Source: Actinomycetales bacterium (lineage in GTDB: Bacteria > Actinomycetota > Actinomycetes > Actinomycetales > Dermatophilaceae). From it: a stretch of DNA of 53,158 bases. The notes beneath the pieces were generated by a model. The model did no database searches, was not told the origin of the DNA, and saw only the letters and a list, made by a program, of their open reading frames with translations. This document shows positions 39,229 through 50,282 of the stretch, one piece after another. The DNA lies in NCBI GenBank assembly GCA_038256095.1, contig JBBSKS010000001.1:1-53158 (forward strand), in the 5' to 3' direction. Numbering within the stretch: the stretch's first letter is position 1; every line of letters starts with the position of its first letter. A program made the position numbers and the translations under genes.

Positions 39229-41114
39229 CCATTGCGCTCACGCTCGTCCTCGTGGCGGGAGTCGCCGTGCTGGTGGCGGGCTTGGCCGAGAAGCGCGGGT
39301 GGAGCGCACCCATTCTGCTGATTCTCGTGGGAGTGATCGGTTCCTACCTGCCGTTCGTTCCGCAGGTGCGGCTGACCGCAGACATGGTGTTATTCGGCTT
39401 GTTGCCACCGCTGTTGTATGCCGCGGCGATCCGGACCTCGTTGGTCGACTTCACTCGGCACCGAGTGGCTATCCTGTCCCTGTCGGTGGGCCTCATCTTG
39501 TTCACCGCCCTCGGGGTGGCGGTGGTCGCGCACGCGATGCTGCCGATCCCTTTTGGTTTGGCCTTCGCATTGGGTGCCATCGTGGCTCCCCCAGATGCCG
39601 TCGCCGCCACCGCCGTCGCTCGCAAAATCGGACTCCCTCGACGCGTGGTCACCATCCTGGAGGGTGAGTCGCTGCTCAACGACGCCACCGCCTTGGTTGC
39701 GCTGCGCACCGGGCTCGCCTTCGCCGGGCTGGGCAGCGGTTCCGGCATCGTTGCCGCCGCTACGGACGAGGTCAGCGCCGCCACGGTCGCCTTGAACTTC
39801 GTCTGGGCCGTCGTGGGCGGTGTCGGCATCGGCACCCTGATTGCTCTGGCGGCGTCATTCCTGCGCAAGCAAACGCTGGGCCCCGAGCTGGACACCGCAA
39901 TGTCCTTCACGGTCCCGTTCGTGGCGTTCTTGCCCGCTGAGGCGCTCGGTTCGTCGGGGGTCTTGGCCGTCGTGACGGCTGGACTGATCTTGGGACACCG
40001 CGCGCTAACGCTGCAGAATGCGCGCTCGCGGCTCTCGGAGCGCATTAACTGGGCGAGCGTGCAGTTCATCCTCGAGAGTGCCGTCTTTTTGATGATCGGC
40101 CTGCAGATGCAGGAGATCATCACCGAGACCAACAAAGGCTCCTTGTCCCTTGGACGGGTCATGCTCACGTCGGTGGTGATTCTGGTCGTCGTGATACTGC
40201 TGCGGCCAATCTGGGTCATCCCCAGTCGGTGGCTACTGCGTCCCTCTGCTCGGGCGCTCCCTGCGGCTGAGGCAGTTCTCGTGTCGTGGGCCGGGATGCG
40301 CGGAGTCGTTACTCTGGCGGCCGCCTTCTTGATTCCTACCGGGGCCGACGACCGGCAGGCCCTGATCTTTATCGCCCTCGTAGTTGCCATCGGGACCCTG
40401 GTGATCCAGGGGTTGACGTTGCCGTTGCTCGCTCGACACCTGAAGGTGACCGGCCCGGATGGGCGCGAAGATGCCCTGCAGCAGGCCGTGCTGACTGAGC
40501 ATGCGGTGTCCGCTGGGCTAGCCGTGCTCGAGGACTATCCCGACGAATCCGAAGAGCTACGCGAACAGTTGCGCATCGACGCAGTTCGTCGCACCAACCG
40601 GATGTGGGAGCAAGTCGGGCCACGCGGCGCCGATGTCAACGAGACCCCGGGGGATGCCTACCGTCGGGTGCGGATGGCGATGATGGCCGCGGAGCGCGCT
40701 GAGCTAGTGCGCCTGCGCGATCAAGGGGTGGCTGAGCATGACTTGTTGGCGGATCTACTGGAGCAACTCGACATCGAGGAGTCTGTGTTGGAACTTGCCC
40801 AAGACGACCGCCGCGACGAAGAGCGAGGCACCGCCTTACGGACGCCGGTGGCGTTGGAAGGAGAGTGCTCACACCTCACCCAAGCCGCCAAACACGTTGA
40901 TGCCCTCTCCAAAGAGTGCCTCGACTGCCGCGAGGACGGGACCGACCCTGTCCACCTCCGCATGTGCTTGTCATGTGGGTATGTGGGGTGTTGCGACTCC
41001 TCCGTGGGCAGACACTCCACCAAGCACTTCCACTCGACGGGCCACCCGGTGATGGAGAGTTTCGAGGCGGGGGAGGCATGGCGTTGGTGCTACGTGGACG
41101 GACAGACGGCCTAA
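39225..41114 (+). CDS. CPA1 Na+/H+ antiporter with C-terminal UBP-type zinc finger
   Basis: LLPPLLY, APPDAVA, EGESLLND, WAGMRGVV; tail CSH...CLDC...HLRMCLSCGYVGCCDSS...H...H...WRWCYVD. Confidence 0.92.
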   Translation: MTIALTLVLVAGVAVLVAGLAEKRGWSAPILLILVGVIGSYLPFVPQVRLTADMVLFGLLPPLLYAAAIRTSLVDFTRHRVAILSLSVGLILFTALGVAVVAHAMLPIPFGLAFALGAIVAPPDAVAATAVARKIGLPRRVVTILEGESLLNDATALVALRTGLAFAGLGSGSGIVAAATDEVSAATVALNFVWAVVGGVGIGTLIALAASFLRKQTLGPELDTAMSFTVPFVAFLPAEALGSSGVLAVVTAGLILGHRALTLQNARSRLSERINWASVQFILESAVFLMIGLQMQEIITETNKGSLSLGRVMLTSVVILVVVILLRPIWVIPSRWLLRPSARALPAAEAVLVSWAGMRGVVTLAAAFLIPTGADDRQALIFIALVVAIGTLVIQGLTLPLLARHLKVTGPDGREDALQQAVLTEHAVSAGLAVLEDYPDESEELREQLRIDAVRRTNRMWEQVGPRGADVNETPGDAYRRVRMAMMAAERAELVRLRDQGVAEHDLLADLLEQLDIEESVLELAQDDRRDEERGTALRTPVALEGECSHLTQAAKHVDALSKECLDCREDGTDPVHLRMCLSCGYVGCCDSSVGRHSTKHFHSTGHPVMESFEAGEAWRWCYVDGQTA

Positions 41115-41148
41115 GGACCCTGCCCTGGGAACCATTACTCTCAAGATC

Positions 41149-41790
41149 ATGGTGAATTTCGTCTTGGCTTCGGCCTCGAGCGGCCGGTTGGGCACCCTCA
41201 AGCGAGCTGGGGTCACACCTCGGGTGATCGTCTCCGACGTCGACGAGGACGCCGTGATTGCAGATTTGGAGCACGGTGGCCGCCGCCTCGAGGCGGCCGA
41301 AGTCGCCGGGGTCTTGGCTCGCGCTAAGTGCCTGGCCGTCGTCGACTCACTTCCCGACGGCGACGCCACCGAGATCGTGCTCGGGTGCGACTCGGTGCTG
41401 GAGTTTGATGGGGAGGTGCACGGCAAACCGCGCACCGCTGAGGTGGCTCGCGCCCGCTGGCAGGCCATGCGGGGCTCACAGGGTGTGTTGCACAGCGGCC
41501 ACCACCTCATCCGACGAGGCCTCCGGGGAAATACAGGGGCTTGCGGCGTCGCATCAACCGTCGTTCATTTCGCAAACCTAAGCGACGAAGAAATAGACGC
41601 GTATGTCGCCACCGGCGAACCGCTGCACGTCGCCGGGGGGTTCACGGTCGACGGGATAGGCGGGCCCTACATCACGGGTATCGAAGGCGACTACCACGCA
41701 GTGGTCGGCGTCAGCCTCCCCCTGGTGCGCGGTTTGCTACGCGAACTCGGCCTTGCGTGGCACGATCTACGGGCCCCAGACCCCACCTAG
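41149..41790 (+). CDS. maf: Maf family nucleoside triphosphate pyrophosphatase
   Basis: LASASSGR, DVDE, LGCDSVL, GKP, TGEPLHVAGGF. Confidence 0.93.
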   Translation: MVNFVLASASSGRLGTLKRAGVTPRVIVSDVDEDAVIADLEHGGRRLEAAEVAGVLARAKCLAVVDSLPDGDATEIVLGCDSVLEFDGEVHGKPRTAEVARARWQAMRGSQGVLHSGHHLIRRGLRGNTGACGVASTVVHFANLSDEEIDAYVATGEPLHVAGGFTVDGIGGPYITGIEGDYHAVVGVSLPLVRGLLRELGLAWHDLRAPDPT

Positions 41791-42653
41791 TCTTTGTACT
41801 TCGGTTGCGGCTGATTGCGCTGACGACTGAACTCGCCGCCAGCGCGGCCGCCATAGGGTCGGCCGTGGTCGGCAAACTCTTCACGCGAGTAAATCATCGT
41901 CCACGAACCGATTTCGATGCGGGATCCTGTGCGTAAGACTTGCTCGCTCGTCACCTTGACCCCATTGACTTTGGTGGGGGTCTCTCCGCCTAGCGCTACC
42001 AGGATGTATTCGTCGTTGGTCGGATCCCGGCGGACTCGAGCCTGCTGGGCATCGACACCGCTAAGCCGCAGATCTGCAGACTCATCGCTTCCGATAGCCG
42101 TGCCGCCCTTGGGCAGGTCGAAAACGCGGCGTTGCCCGCCGGACGTTGCGGCGGCCCCCATCGAGAAGACCAACCTCGGGCGTCCACCGCCTGCCGGGTC
42201 GTGAGTAGTCGTGGGACGACGCCGTGACCAACGGAAGGTCGGGGCAATCGGCCACAAGGTAGGCGGCGGCAGCAGACTCCCCGCTCCCTTGCCCCCTACG
42301 CCTCGAGACCTGGCCAGGTTTGTGGCGGCCTTCAGGTTGTCGATGCGAATGTGCGGTGACCGCGTCGCGGCGCGAGCCAGAAGCCCCGCCTTGACGTCGC
42401 CGATGGTCACGATCGGTCCATCCTTACCGACAATTGACACGCTAAGCCCTTCGCCCGCGAGCGCGGCAGCGATCTGCCGAGCGTCGCGGACGGAGGAACC
42501 TGTAGATAGCGCTCCTACATCGTCACAGCGAACCTCGATGTGATGCCCTGATCCCGTCACCGTCCCGGAAACGATGTGCGGCTCCTGGTCACTCGAGCCA
42601 TCCCGCTCCATAGAGAAGGTGATGTCGGTTTCGATGTTGAAGCGCTCAAGCAT
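41787..42653 (-). CDS. Hypothetical protein with a C-terminal degenerate FHA-like domain
   Basis: TAIGSDESADLRL...ARVRR...TKVNG...LRTGSRIEIG is the FHA fold pattern. The N-terminal domain is unrecognised. Confidence 0.75.
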   Translation of the reverse strand: MLERFNIETDITFSMERDGSSDQEPHIVSGTVTGSGHHIEVRCDDVGALSTGSSVRDARQIAAALAGEGLSVSIVGKDGPIVTIGDVKAGLLARAATRSPHIRIDNLKAATNLARSRGVGGKGAGSLLPPPTLWPIAPTFRWSRRRPTTTHDPAGGGRPRLVFSMGAAATSGGQRRVFDLPKGGTAIGSDESADLRLSGVDAQQARVRRDPTNDEYILVALGGETPTKVNGVKVTSEQVLRTGSRIEIGSWTMIYSREEFADHGRPYGGRAGGEFSRQRNQPQPKYKD

Positions 42654-42659
42654 GGGTGG

Positions 42660-42914
42660 TCAGCCTCGCAGCTCGTCCGAGCCCGAGGACTCGTCATCGC
42701 TGGTGGTGATCCGGATGGTGCCGTTGACCTTCCAGGTCGCACGGGGAGCGTCGGGACCGGTGTCGCGAGGCACCTCAACGGCCATGTCCACGAAGCTGTA
42801 GTTGATGGCGGCACCGCGGCCAGTCAGATAGGCCCACAGGTCTTGCCCCAGGTCAGTCCAGCTGACATCTTTTTTGTTCTCTGACGGAAGTGCCGAGTCG
42901 TCGTTGATGCTCAT
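42660..42914 (-). CDS. Small hypothetical protein (84 aa)
   Basis: AAGGAG RBS before ATG 42914; W.DL...L...LTGR.A.I.Y.F.DM.V.VP..TG.DA..A.W..NGT..ITT. Confidence 0.75.
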   Translation of the reverse strand: MSINDDSALPSENKKDVSWTDLGQDLWAYLTGRGAAINYSFVDMAVEVPRDTGPDAPRATWKVNGTIRITTSDDESSGSDELRG

Positions 42915-42945
42915 GTGCTCTCCTTCGCTCGTGGATGAAGATTCC

Positions 42946-42999
42946 AGACTATGACCCTTGAGGAAACTCGCAACACCGGGGGTATTTTGACGATCAAAA
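42946..42999 (-). promoter_or_regulatory. Putative sigma-A promoter plus inverted repeat for the small-protein/FHA pair
   Basis: TTGCGA-N16-TAGTCT (42973-42946) and TTTTGA-N3-TCAAAA (42985-42999). Confidence 0.45.
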
Positions 43000-43014
43000 C
43001 ATGCGTTGGCCCCC

Positions 43015-44550
43015 TCAGACGGGCGGAATGCCTCTTCGGCGAGATGCGATGCTGCGGTCGCGCCCCGCTGCATACCGCACCCGAAGCCGTAGTTCGTCGC
43101 GCAGGTCATCGGCTTCGATAACGCCGTCGATCACCAGATCGGCGGCGAGCCGCTCGAGATCCACGTCGCGCAGATAGTCAACCTTCTTGGCCTCGACGAA
43201 CACCTCGCGCTCTGCAGCGTCCTCAATCTGGGCGATCTTGCCTGCATACACCGCGTTGATCGCCGCCTCGGGCCCCATCACCGCTATCCGAGCCGTCGGC
43301 AGGGCTAACGTCGCGTCGGGCCCAAATCCTGGACCGCCCATCGCATAGAGCCCGGCGCCATAGGCCTTGCGCAGCACCACGCAGAACTGCGGCACGGTGG
43401 CCTCAGCCACCGCGCTGACCATCTTGGCTCCGTGTCGGATGATGCCGCCACGCTCGACCTGCGACCCGATCATGAACCCGGGCACGTCGGCCAGATAGAT
43501 CAGCGGTATGCCGTAGGCGTCGCACATCCAGATAAAGCGAGCTGCTTTGTCGGCCGAGTCGCTAAAGAGCACACCGCCTTTGACGCTGGAATTGTTAGCG
43601 ACCACACCCACGCTTTCCCCAGCAAGGCGCCCCAAACCGATGACCAGTTCGGGTGCGAACAGTTCTTTGATCTCGAAGAAGCTGTCTTCGTCAAGGAGGC
43701 CGTCGATGACGACGTGCACATCGAACGGGACCGACTCGGACTCGGGGATAGTGTCGCGACGCACCGGTTGTGCGGGCTCTTCAACGGCATACCGAGGCGT
43801 GGCGCTGCGCCAATTCGTGGGCATGTACGAGAAGTAGACTTTGGCTAGCTCGATGGCCTCCGCGTCGTCACTCGCGAGCACATCACCCACCCCTGACACC
43901 GTGCAGTGCATCCGAGCGCCACCCATTTCCTCGAGCGACACCTGCTCACCCACCACCATTTCGGCCATGCGGGGGCTGCCTAAGTACATCGAAGCGTTGC
44001 CTTCGACCATGATGATGACGTCGCAGAAGCTCGGAATGTAGGCACCGCCCGCAGCGGAGGGACCAAAGAGAGCGCAGATTTGCGGCACCTTGCCCGATAG
44101 CGCGACCTGATTGTGAAAGATGCGCCCAGCGCCGCGTCGCCCACCGAAGAGCTGCACCTGGTCGGTGATGCGGGCGCCCGCTGAGTCCACGAACCAAAAG
44201 ATGGGCAACTCTTCGCGGAGCGCGCTTTCGGTAGCGCGGATCATCTTCTCGACGGTGCGGGCGCCCCACGACCCGGCCTTCACAGTGGGGTCGTTGGCCA
44301 CCACGATCGCGGGCCGACCGTCCACCTCACCGCGCCCTGTGACGACGCCATCCGCCGGCAAATCCCCCGCAGTTGAGTTCGCGAGTCGGCCATCCTCGAC
44401 GAACGTCCCTTGGTCAATCAGCAGCGCAATGCGCTCGCGGACCGCCAGCTTGCCTTGCTCGTCGAGTCGGGCCCGCCCCTTCTCGGTGGGCTGCTCCGAG
44501 GCCTTGGATGCCGCGTGGAGACGTGCGCGCAGGTCGGCCACGCCACTCAC
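43015..44550 (-). CDS. Acyl-CoA carboxylase carboxyltransferase subunit (YngE/LiuB-like)
   Basis: KAGSWGARTVEK, DSAGARITDQ, SAAGGAYIP, DVPGFMIG, RKAYGAG. Confidence 0.9.
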   Translation of the reverse strand: MSGVADLRARLHAASKASEQPTEKGRARLDEQGKLAVRERIALLIDQGTFVEDGRLANSTAGDLPADGVVTGRGEVDGRPAIVVANDPTVKAGSWGARTVEKMIRATESALREELPIFWFVDSAGARITDQVQLFGGRRGAGRIFHNQVALSGKVPQICALFGPSAAGGAYIPSFCDVIIMVEGNASMYLGSPRMAEMVVGEQVSLEEMGGARMHCTVSGVGDVLASDDAEAIELAKVYFSYMPTNWRSATPRYAVEEPAQPVRRDTIPESESVPFDVHVVIDGLLDEDSFFEIKELFAPELVIGLGRLAGESVGVVANNSSVKGGVLFSDSADKAARFIWMCDAYGIPLIYLADVPGFMIGSQVERGGIIRHGAKMVSAVAEATVPQFCVVLRKAYGAGLYAMGGPGFGPDATLALPTARIAVMGPEAAINAVYAGKIAQIEDAAEREVFVEAKKVDYLRDVDLERLAADLVIDGVIEADDLRDELRLRVRYAAGRDRSIASRRRGIPPV

Positions 44551-45728
44551 GCCGGTAATCCCAACCCGCGGGCAATCACCATGCGTTGAATTTCTGAGGT
44601 TCCTTCACCGATTTCGAGGATTTTGGCGTCGCGATAGAACCGCGCGACCGGGTATTCCTCCATGAAGCCGTTCCCGCCGAAGACTTGCGTGGCGATGCGT
44701 GTGGCGCTCATGGCCGCCTCGGTCGAATACACCTTCGCGATGGCCGCGGCCTGTTTAACCTCGGCGGTGCTGCGTCGTCCGGCTTCATTCTCGTCTTTGA
44801 GCCAGGCCGCCTTGTACGTCAGCAGTCGCGCGCTCTCAACCATCACGGCCAGGTCCGCAATCTGGAACGACACGCCTTGATTGGACCCAATGGGCCGGCC
44901 AAAGGCGATGCGACTCACCGCATACGCGGTCGCCTCGTCCAGCATCCGCTGAGCACAGCCCAAGGCGAGTGCCGAGATCGCGATGCGACCGTCGTCAAGG
45001 GTCTTCAGGAATTGCTTAAAGCCGTGCCCTTGGGTGCCCAGCAGGTTGGCTTCGGGCACCTGGGCATTATCGAAGGTCAGCCCGTGGGTGTCACTGATGT
45101 GCCAACCGAGCTTGCGATAGGCGGGCTCGACGATAAATCCGGGGGTGCCAGCGGGCAGCATGATCGCGCTGATCTCGGGCTTGCCGTCGGCGGTGGTGCC
45201 GGTTTTGGCGGTCACGGTGACCAACGAGGTGATGTCGGTGCCGGAATTGGTGATGAAGGCTTTGGAACCATTGATCGTCCAGGACCCGTCGGTGAGCGAG
45301 GCCCGGGTCGCCGTCGCGCCCGCGTCAGATCCTGCCTCGGGCTCGGTCAGTCCGAAGCCAGCAAGGGTGCGCCCAGCGATGAGGTCGGGCAGCCAGCGTT
45401 CCTTCTGCTCCTGCGTCCCGTAGGTCAGGATCGGATTGATGCCCAACCCCACCCCGGCCGAGAGCGTGATGCCGATGGATTGATCGACCCGACCCAGTTC
45501 TTCGATGGCGACGCACAGATAGGTGAATCCGCCGCTATCGAGACCTGCACCGCCGAACTCTTCTGGAGCATCGATGCCGAAAAGGCCCAATTCCCCCATG
45601 GCCGGCACGACCTCGCTCGGGAAGTGCGCGTCTTGGTCCCACTGCGCGACGTGCGGCTCAATTTCTTGAGCGGCGAAGTCGCGGACAAGCGCGCGGAAGT
45701 CCTCGTGATCTTGGCTGAGTTCGAACAT
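44547..45728 (-). CDS. Acyl-CoA dehydrogenase (isovaleryl-CoA/YngJ-like context)
   Basis: FGLTEPEAGSD, KLGWHISDT, RDAKILEIGEGTSEIQR. Confidence 0.92.
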   Translation of the reverse strand: MFELSQDHEDFRALVRDFAAQEIEPHVAQWDQDAHFPSEVVPAMGELGLFGIDAPEEFGGAGLDSGGFTYLCVAIEELGRVDQSIGITLSAGVGLGINPILTYGTQEQKERWLPDLIAGRTLAGFGLTEPEAGSDAGATATRASLTDGSWTINGSKAFITNSGTDITSLVTVTAKTGTTADGKPEISAIMLPAGTPGFIVEPAYRKLGWHISDTHGLTFDNAQVPEANLLGTQGHGFKQFLKTLDDGRIAISALALGCAQRMLDEATAYAVSRIAFGRPIGSNQGVSFQIADLAVMVESARLLTYKAAWLKDENEAGRRSTAEVKQAAAIAKVYSTEAAMSATRIATQVFGGNGFMEEYPVARFYRDAKILEIGEGTSEIQRMVIARGLGLPA

Positions 45729-45764
45729 TGCTGACCGGCCTCTCTGCGATGTCCTCCACCGCTA

Positions 45765-45782
45765 CTTGACGTTAACGTCAAG
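45765..45782. promoter_or_regulatory. LiuR-type MerR operator, perfect palindrome CTTGACGTTAACGTCAAG
   Basis: 18-bp perfect inverted repeat between the divergent acyl-CoA dehydrogenase and MerR genes. Carries TTGACG on both strands. Confidence 0.85.
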
Positions 45783-45801
45783 GTAAAGCACGATCGTGTC
45801 C

Positions 45802-46197
45802 ATGACAAGCCAGGAGACGTGGACTATCGCGCAGATCGCGACCGAGTTCGAGATCACCCATCGCGCGTTGCGTCACTACGAGCAACTCGGTCTGCTGTCC
45901 CCCCAGCGTGTCGGCCCTGGGGGCACCACACGCCATTATCAGCGTCGCGACCGGACCCGGCTGGCTTTGATTCTGCGCGGACGCCGTCTCGGCTTCCCGC
46001 TCGAAGAGATCGGCACCATCATCGACATGTATGACGACCAGCCGGGCGAGGTAGGCCAAATGCGGTACCTGCTCTCCCAAATCGGCGATCGCCGTGCGGA
46101 TCTGGAGCGCCGTCGCGCCGACATCGACACCTCTCTGGAAGAACTCCTAGCCCTCGAACAGCGTTGCCTGAGTGACCTGCAAGCGCAAGAACACTAA
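45802..46197 (+). CDS. MerR family regulator (LiuR-like)
   Basis: [47 protein letters not shown]. Confidence 0.9.
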   Translation: MTSQETWTIAQIATEFEITHRALRHYEQLGLLSPQRVGPGGTTRHYQRRDRTRLALILRGRRLGFPLEEIGTIIDMYDDQPGEVGQMRYLLSQIGDRRADLERRRADIDTSLEELLALEQRCLSDLQAQEH

Positions 46198-46207
46198 AGT
46201 GACCGTC

Positions 46208-47992
<1,785 letters not shown>

Positions 47993-48025
47993 CCGCCTCG
48001 GCTACGCCAACCCGATGAGTGGGCT

Positions 48026-49414
48026 CTACTCAGCCATGGAGTGCAGTTGCCTGGCTGCTTCGGCGATCGAGCCGGACATCGAGGGATAGACCGTGAAGGT
48101 CGACGCGAACTGGTCGACGCTGAGCTGAGACGAGACGGCGAGCGCGATCGGGAATATCAACTCACTTGCCCGCGGTGACACCACGACGCCGCCAACGATA
48201 GTGTCCCCTCCCCTGCGAGCGAAAATCTTGACGAACCCGCCCTTGAGGTTCTGCATCTTGGCGCGTGGGTTCTTCGTCAGCGGCAACATCACCGAACGGG
48301 CGTCGATCTTACCTTCGTCAATGTCGTTTTGGGTGACCCCGACGGTCGCGATCTCGGGGTCGGTGAAGATGTTCGAGCTGACCCGACCGAGCGACAACGG
48401 AGCCACGGCGTCGCCGAGTGCGTGGGCAATCGCAATCCGCCCCTGCATTGCGGCAACTGATGCCAAGGGCAGCACACCGGTGCAGTCCCCGGCGGCGTAG
48501 ATCCCAGGAACGCTGGTCCGCGACACACGGTCCACCTTGATGTGACCAGACTGCGTGAGCTCCACGCCCGCCTCGACCAACCCGATGTCTTCGGTGTTAG
48601 GCAGCGACCCCACGGCGAGCAGCGCGTGTGACCCCTCGACCTCGCGCCCATCGTCCAGCGTCACTCGGACCCCACTATCCGTCCGCTCGACTGAGGCGGC
48701 CCGGGATCGGTTCATGACCGACATACCTCGGCTTCTAAAGACCTCTTCGAGCAGGCACGCTGCGTCCTCGTCTTGACCGGGCAACACTCGGTCACGCGAG
48801 GAGACCAAGGTGACCCGGCTCCCCAGGCCCAGGTAGGCGTGGGCCAACTCGGCCCCGGTGACTCCGGAGCCGATCACGATCAGGTGCTCGGGGAGTTCCT
48901 TGAGGCCGTAAATCTGCTGCCAGGTCAAGATGCGATCGCCATCGGGCATCGCGCTGTCCATCACTCGGGGGCGGGCCCCGGTGGCCAGCAAAATGACGTC
49001 AGCATCGAGGTGGGTGTCCCCCGCCTCCACGCGATGATGGTCCTTGATGACCGCGGTACCGGTGATGATCTCGACGCCGGCCCCCACGAGACGCTCACGG
49101 ATGTCGTCGCTTTGGGCTTGCGCCAATCCGAGCACTCGCGCATTGATGTCGTCGACGTGAGCGGTGACCCCCTGGTTTTCCGGGGCACCGTCAAACTGGA
49201 CACCAATCCGACGGGCGGCGGTGAAGCGGTCCATGAAGTCTGCGGTCGCGATCAGGGCCTTGCTGGGCACGCAATCGGTCAACACCGCGGCCCCGCCGAT
49301 GCCTTCGCGCTCCACGAGCGTCACGTGACAATCGAGGTGCGCGGCAGTCAGCGCTGCCTCGTATCCTCCCGGTCCGCTACCGACGACAATGGCTTTTGGC
49401 TGGGATGTGCTCAC
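48026..49414 (-). CDS. lpdA: NAD(P)H-quinone dehydrogenase (LpdA-type flavoprotein)
   Basis: GGAAVLTDCVPSKAL (single Cys), GSGVTGAE, TFTVYPSMSGSIAEAARQL. Confidence 0.9.
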   Translation of the reverse strand: MSTSQPKAIVVGSGPGGYEAALTAAHLDCHVTLVEREGIGGAAVLTDCVPSKALIATADFMDRFTAARRIGVQFDGAPENQGVTAHVDDINARVLGLAQAQSDDIRERLVGAGVEIITGTAVIKDHHRVEAGDTHLDADVILLATGARPRVMDSAMPDGDRILTWQQIYGLKELPEHLIVIGSGVTGAELAHAYLGLGSRVTLVSSRDRVLPGQDEDAACLLEEVFRSRGMSVMNRSRAASVERTDSGVRVTLDDGREVEGSHALLAVGSLPNTEDIGLVEAGVELTQSGHIKVDRVSRTSVPGIYAAGDCTGVLPLASVAAMQGRIAIAHALGDAVAPLSLGRVSSNIFTDPEIATVGVTQNDIDEGKIDARSVMLPLTKNPRAKMQNLKGGFVKIFARRGGDTIVGGVVVSPRASELIFPIALAVSSQLSVDQFASTFTVYPSMSGSIAEAARQLHSMAE

Positions 49415-49445
49415 CCCGCTATCCAACCATCGCTACCCTGGCACG

Positions 49446-50282
49446 GTGACTCATCCCTCAGCCTTTGACCTCAATGACGCCGCCGTGGACCCGTTCGACG
49501 TGGCCCGCGATGCTGCAGCGGCCATCGCCGAAGCCGCCGGTGTGCCGCGCCACGACGTTGCGTTGGTGCTGGGGAGCGGCTGGGGCGCGACCGCCGACCT
49601 CATCGGGGAGACCGTCGCCACGATCGACAACATTGACGTCCCCGGTTTTAACGCCGCCGCAGTGGTTGGTCACCACGGAACCATTTCTTCCGTGGCCATC
49701 GCAGGTAGCGACCGCCGCGCCCTGATCTTCGGCACCCGGACCCACTTCTATGAAGGTAAAGGCGTGCGATCAGTGGTGCACGGCGTGCGGACCGCCGCTG
49801 CGGCTGGCTGCACGACGATGGTGCTCACCAACGGCTGCGGAGGTCTGCGCCCCGAATGGGCGCCGGGCACCCCGGTTTTGGTGCGCGACCACCTCAATCT
49901 GACGGCGGCTTCCCCGGTTGAAGGAGCGAACTTCGTCGATCTCACTGACCTCTATACGCCCACTTTGCGGGATCTGGCCCGCGAGGTCGACCCTTCCCTG
50001 GATGAAGGGGTCTACGCGCAGTTCCGCGGACCGCACTATGAGACGCCGGCCGAGGTCGAGATGGCGCGCCGCCTCGGCGCAGACCTGGTGGGTATGTCGA
50101 CGACCTTGGAAGCCATCGCGGCCCGCCAGGCGGGGATGAACGTTTTGGCGATCTCGCTGGTCACCAACGCGGCCGCCGGTATCAGCGACCAGCCTCTGTC
50201 CCACGCTGAAGTTATCGAGGCCGGCCAGGCCGCTTCGGAGCGCTGTAGTGCGCTGCTTTCGCAGATCGTGTCGCGCCTGTGA
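49446..50282 (+). CDS. punA: Purine-nucleoside phosphorylase
   Basis: VLGSGW, RTHFYEG, TNGCG, GPHYETPAE, VGMST, VTN.AAG. Confidence 0.95.
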   Translation: MTHPSAFDLNDAAVDPFDVARDAAAAIAEAAGVPRHDVALVLGSGWGATADLIGETVATIDNIDVPGFNAAAVVGHHGTISSVAIAGSDRRALIFGTRTHFYEGKGVRSVVHGVRTAAAAGCTTMVLTNGCGGLRPEWAPGTPVLVRDHLNLTAASPVEGANFVDLTDLYTPTLRDLAREVDPSLDEGVYAQFRGPHYETPAEVEMARRLGADLVGMSTTLEAIAARQAGMNVLAISLVTNAAAGISDQPLSHAEVIEAGQAASERCSALLSQIVSRL

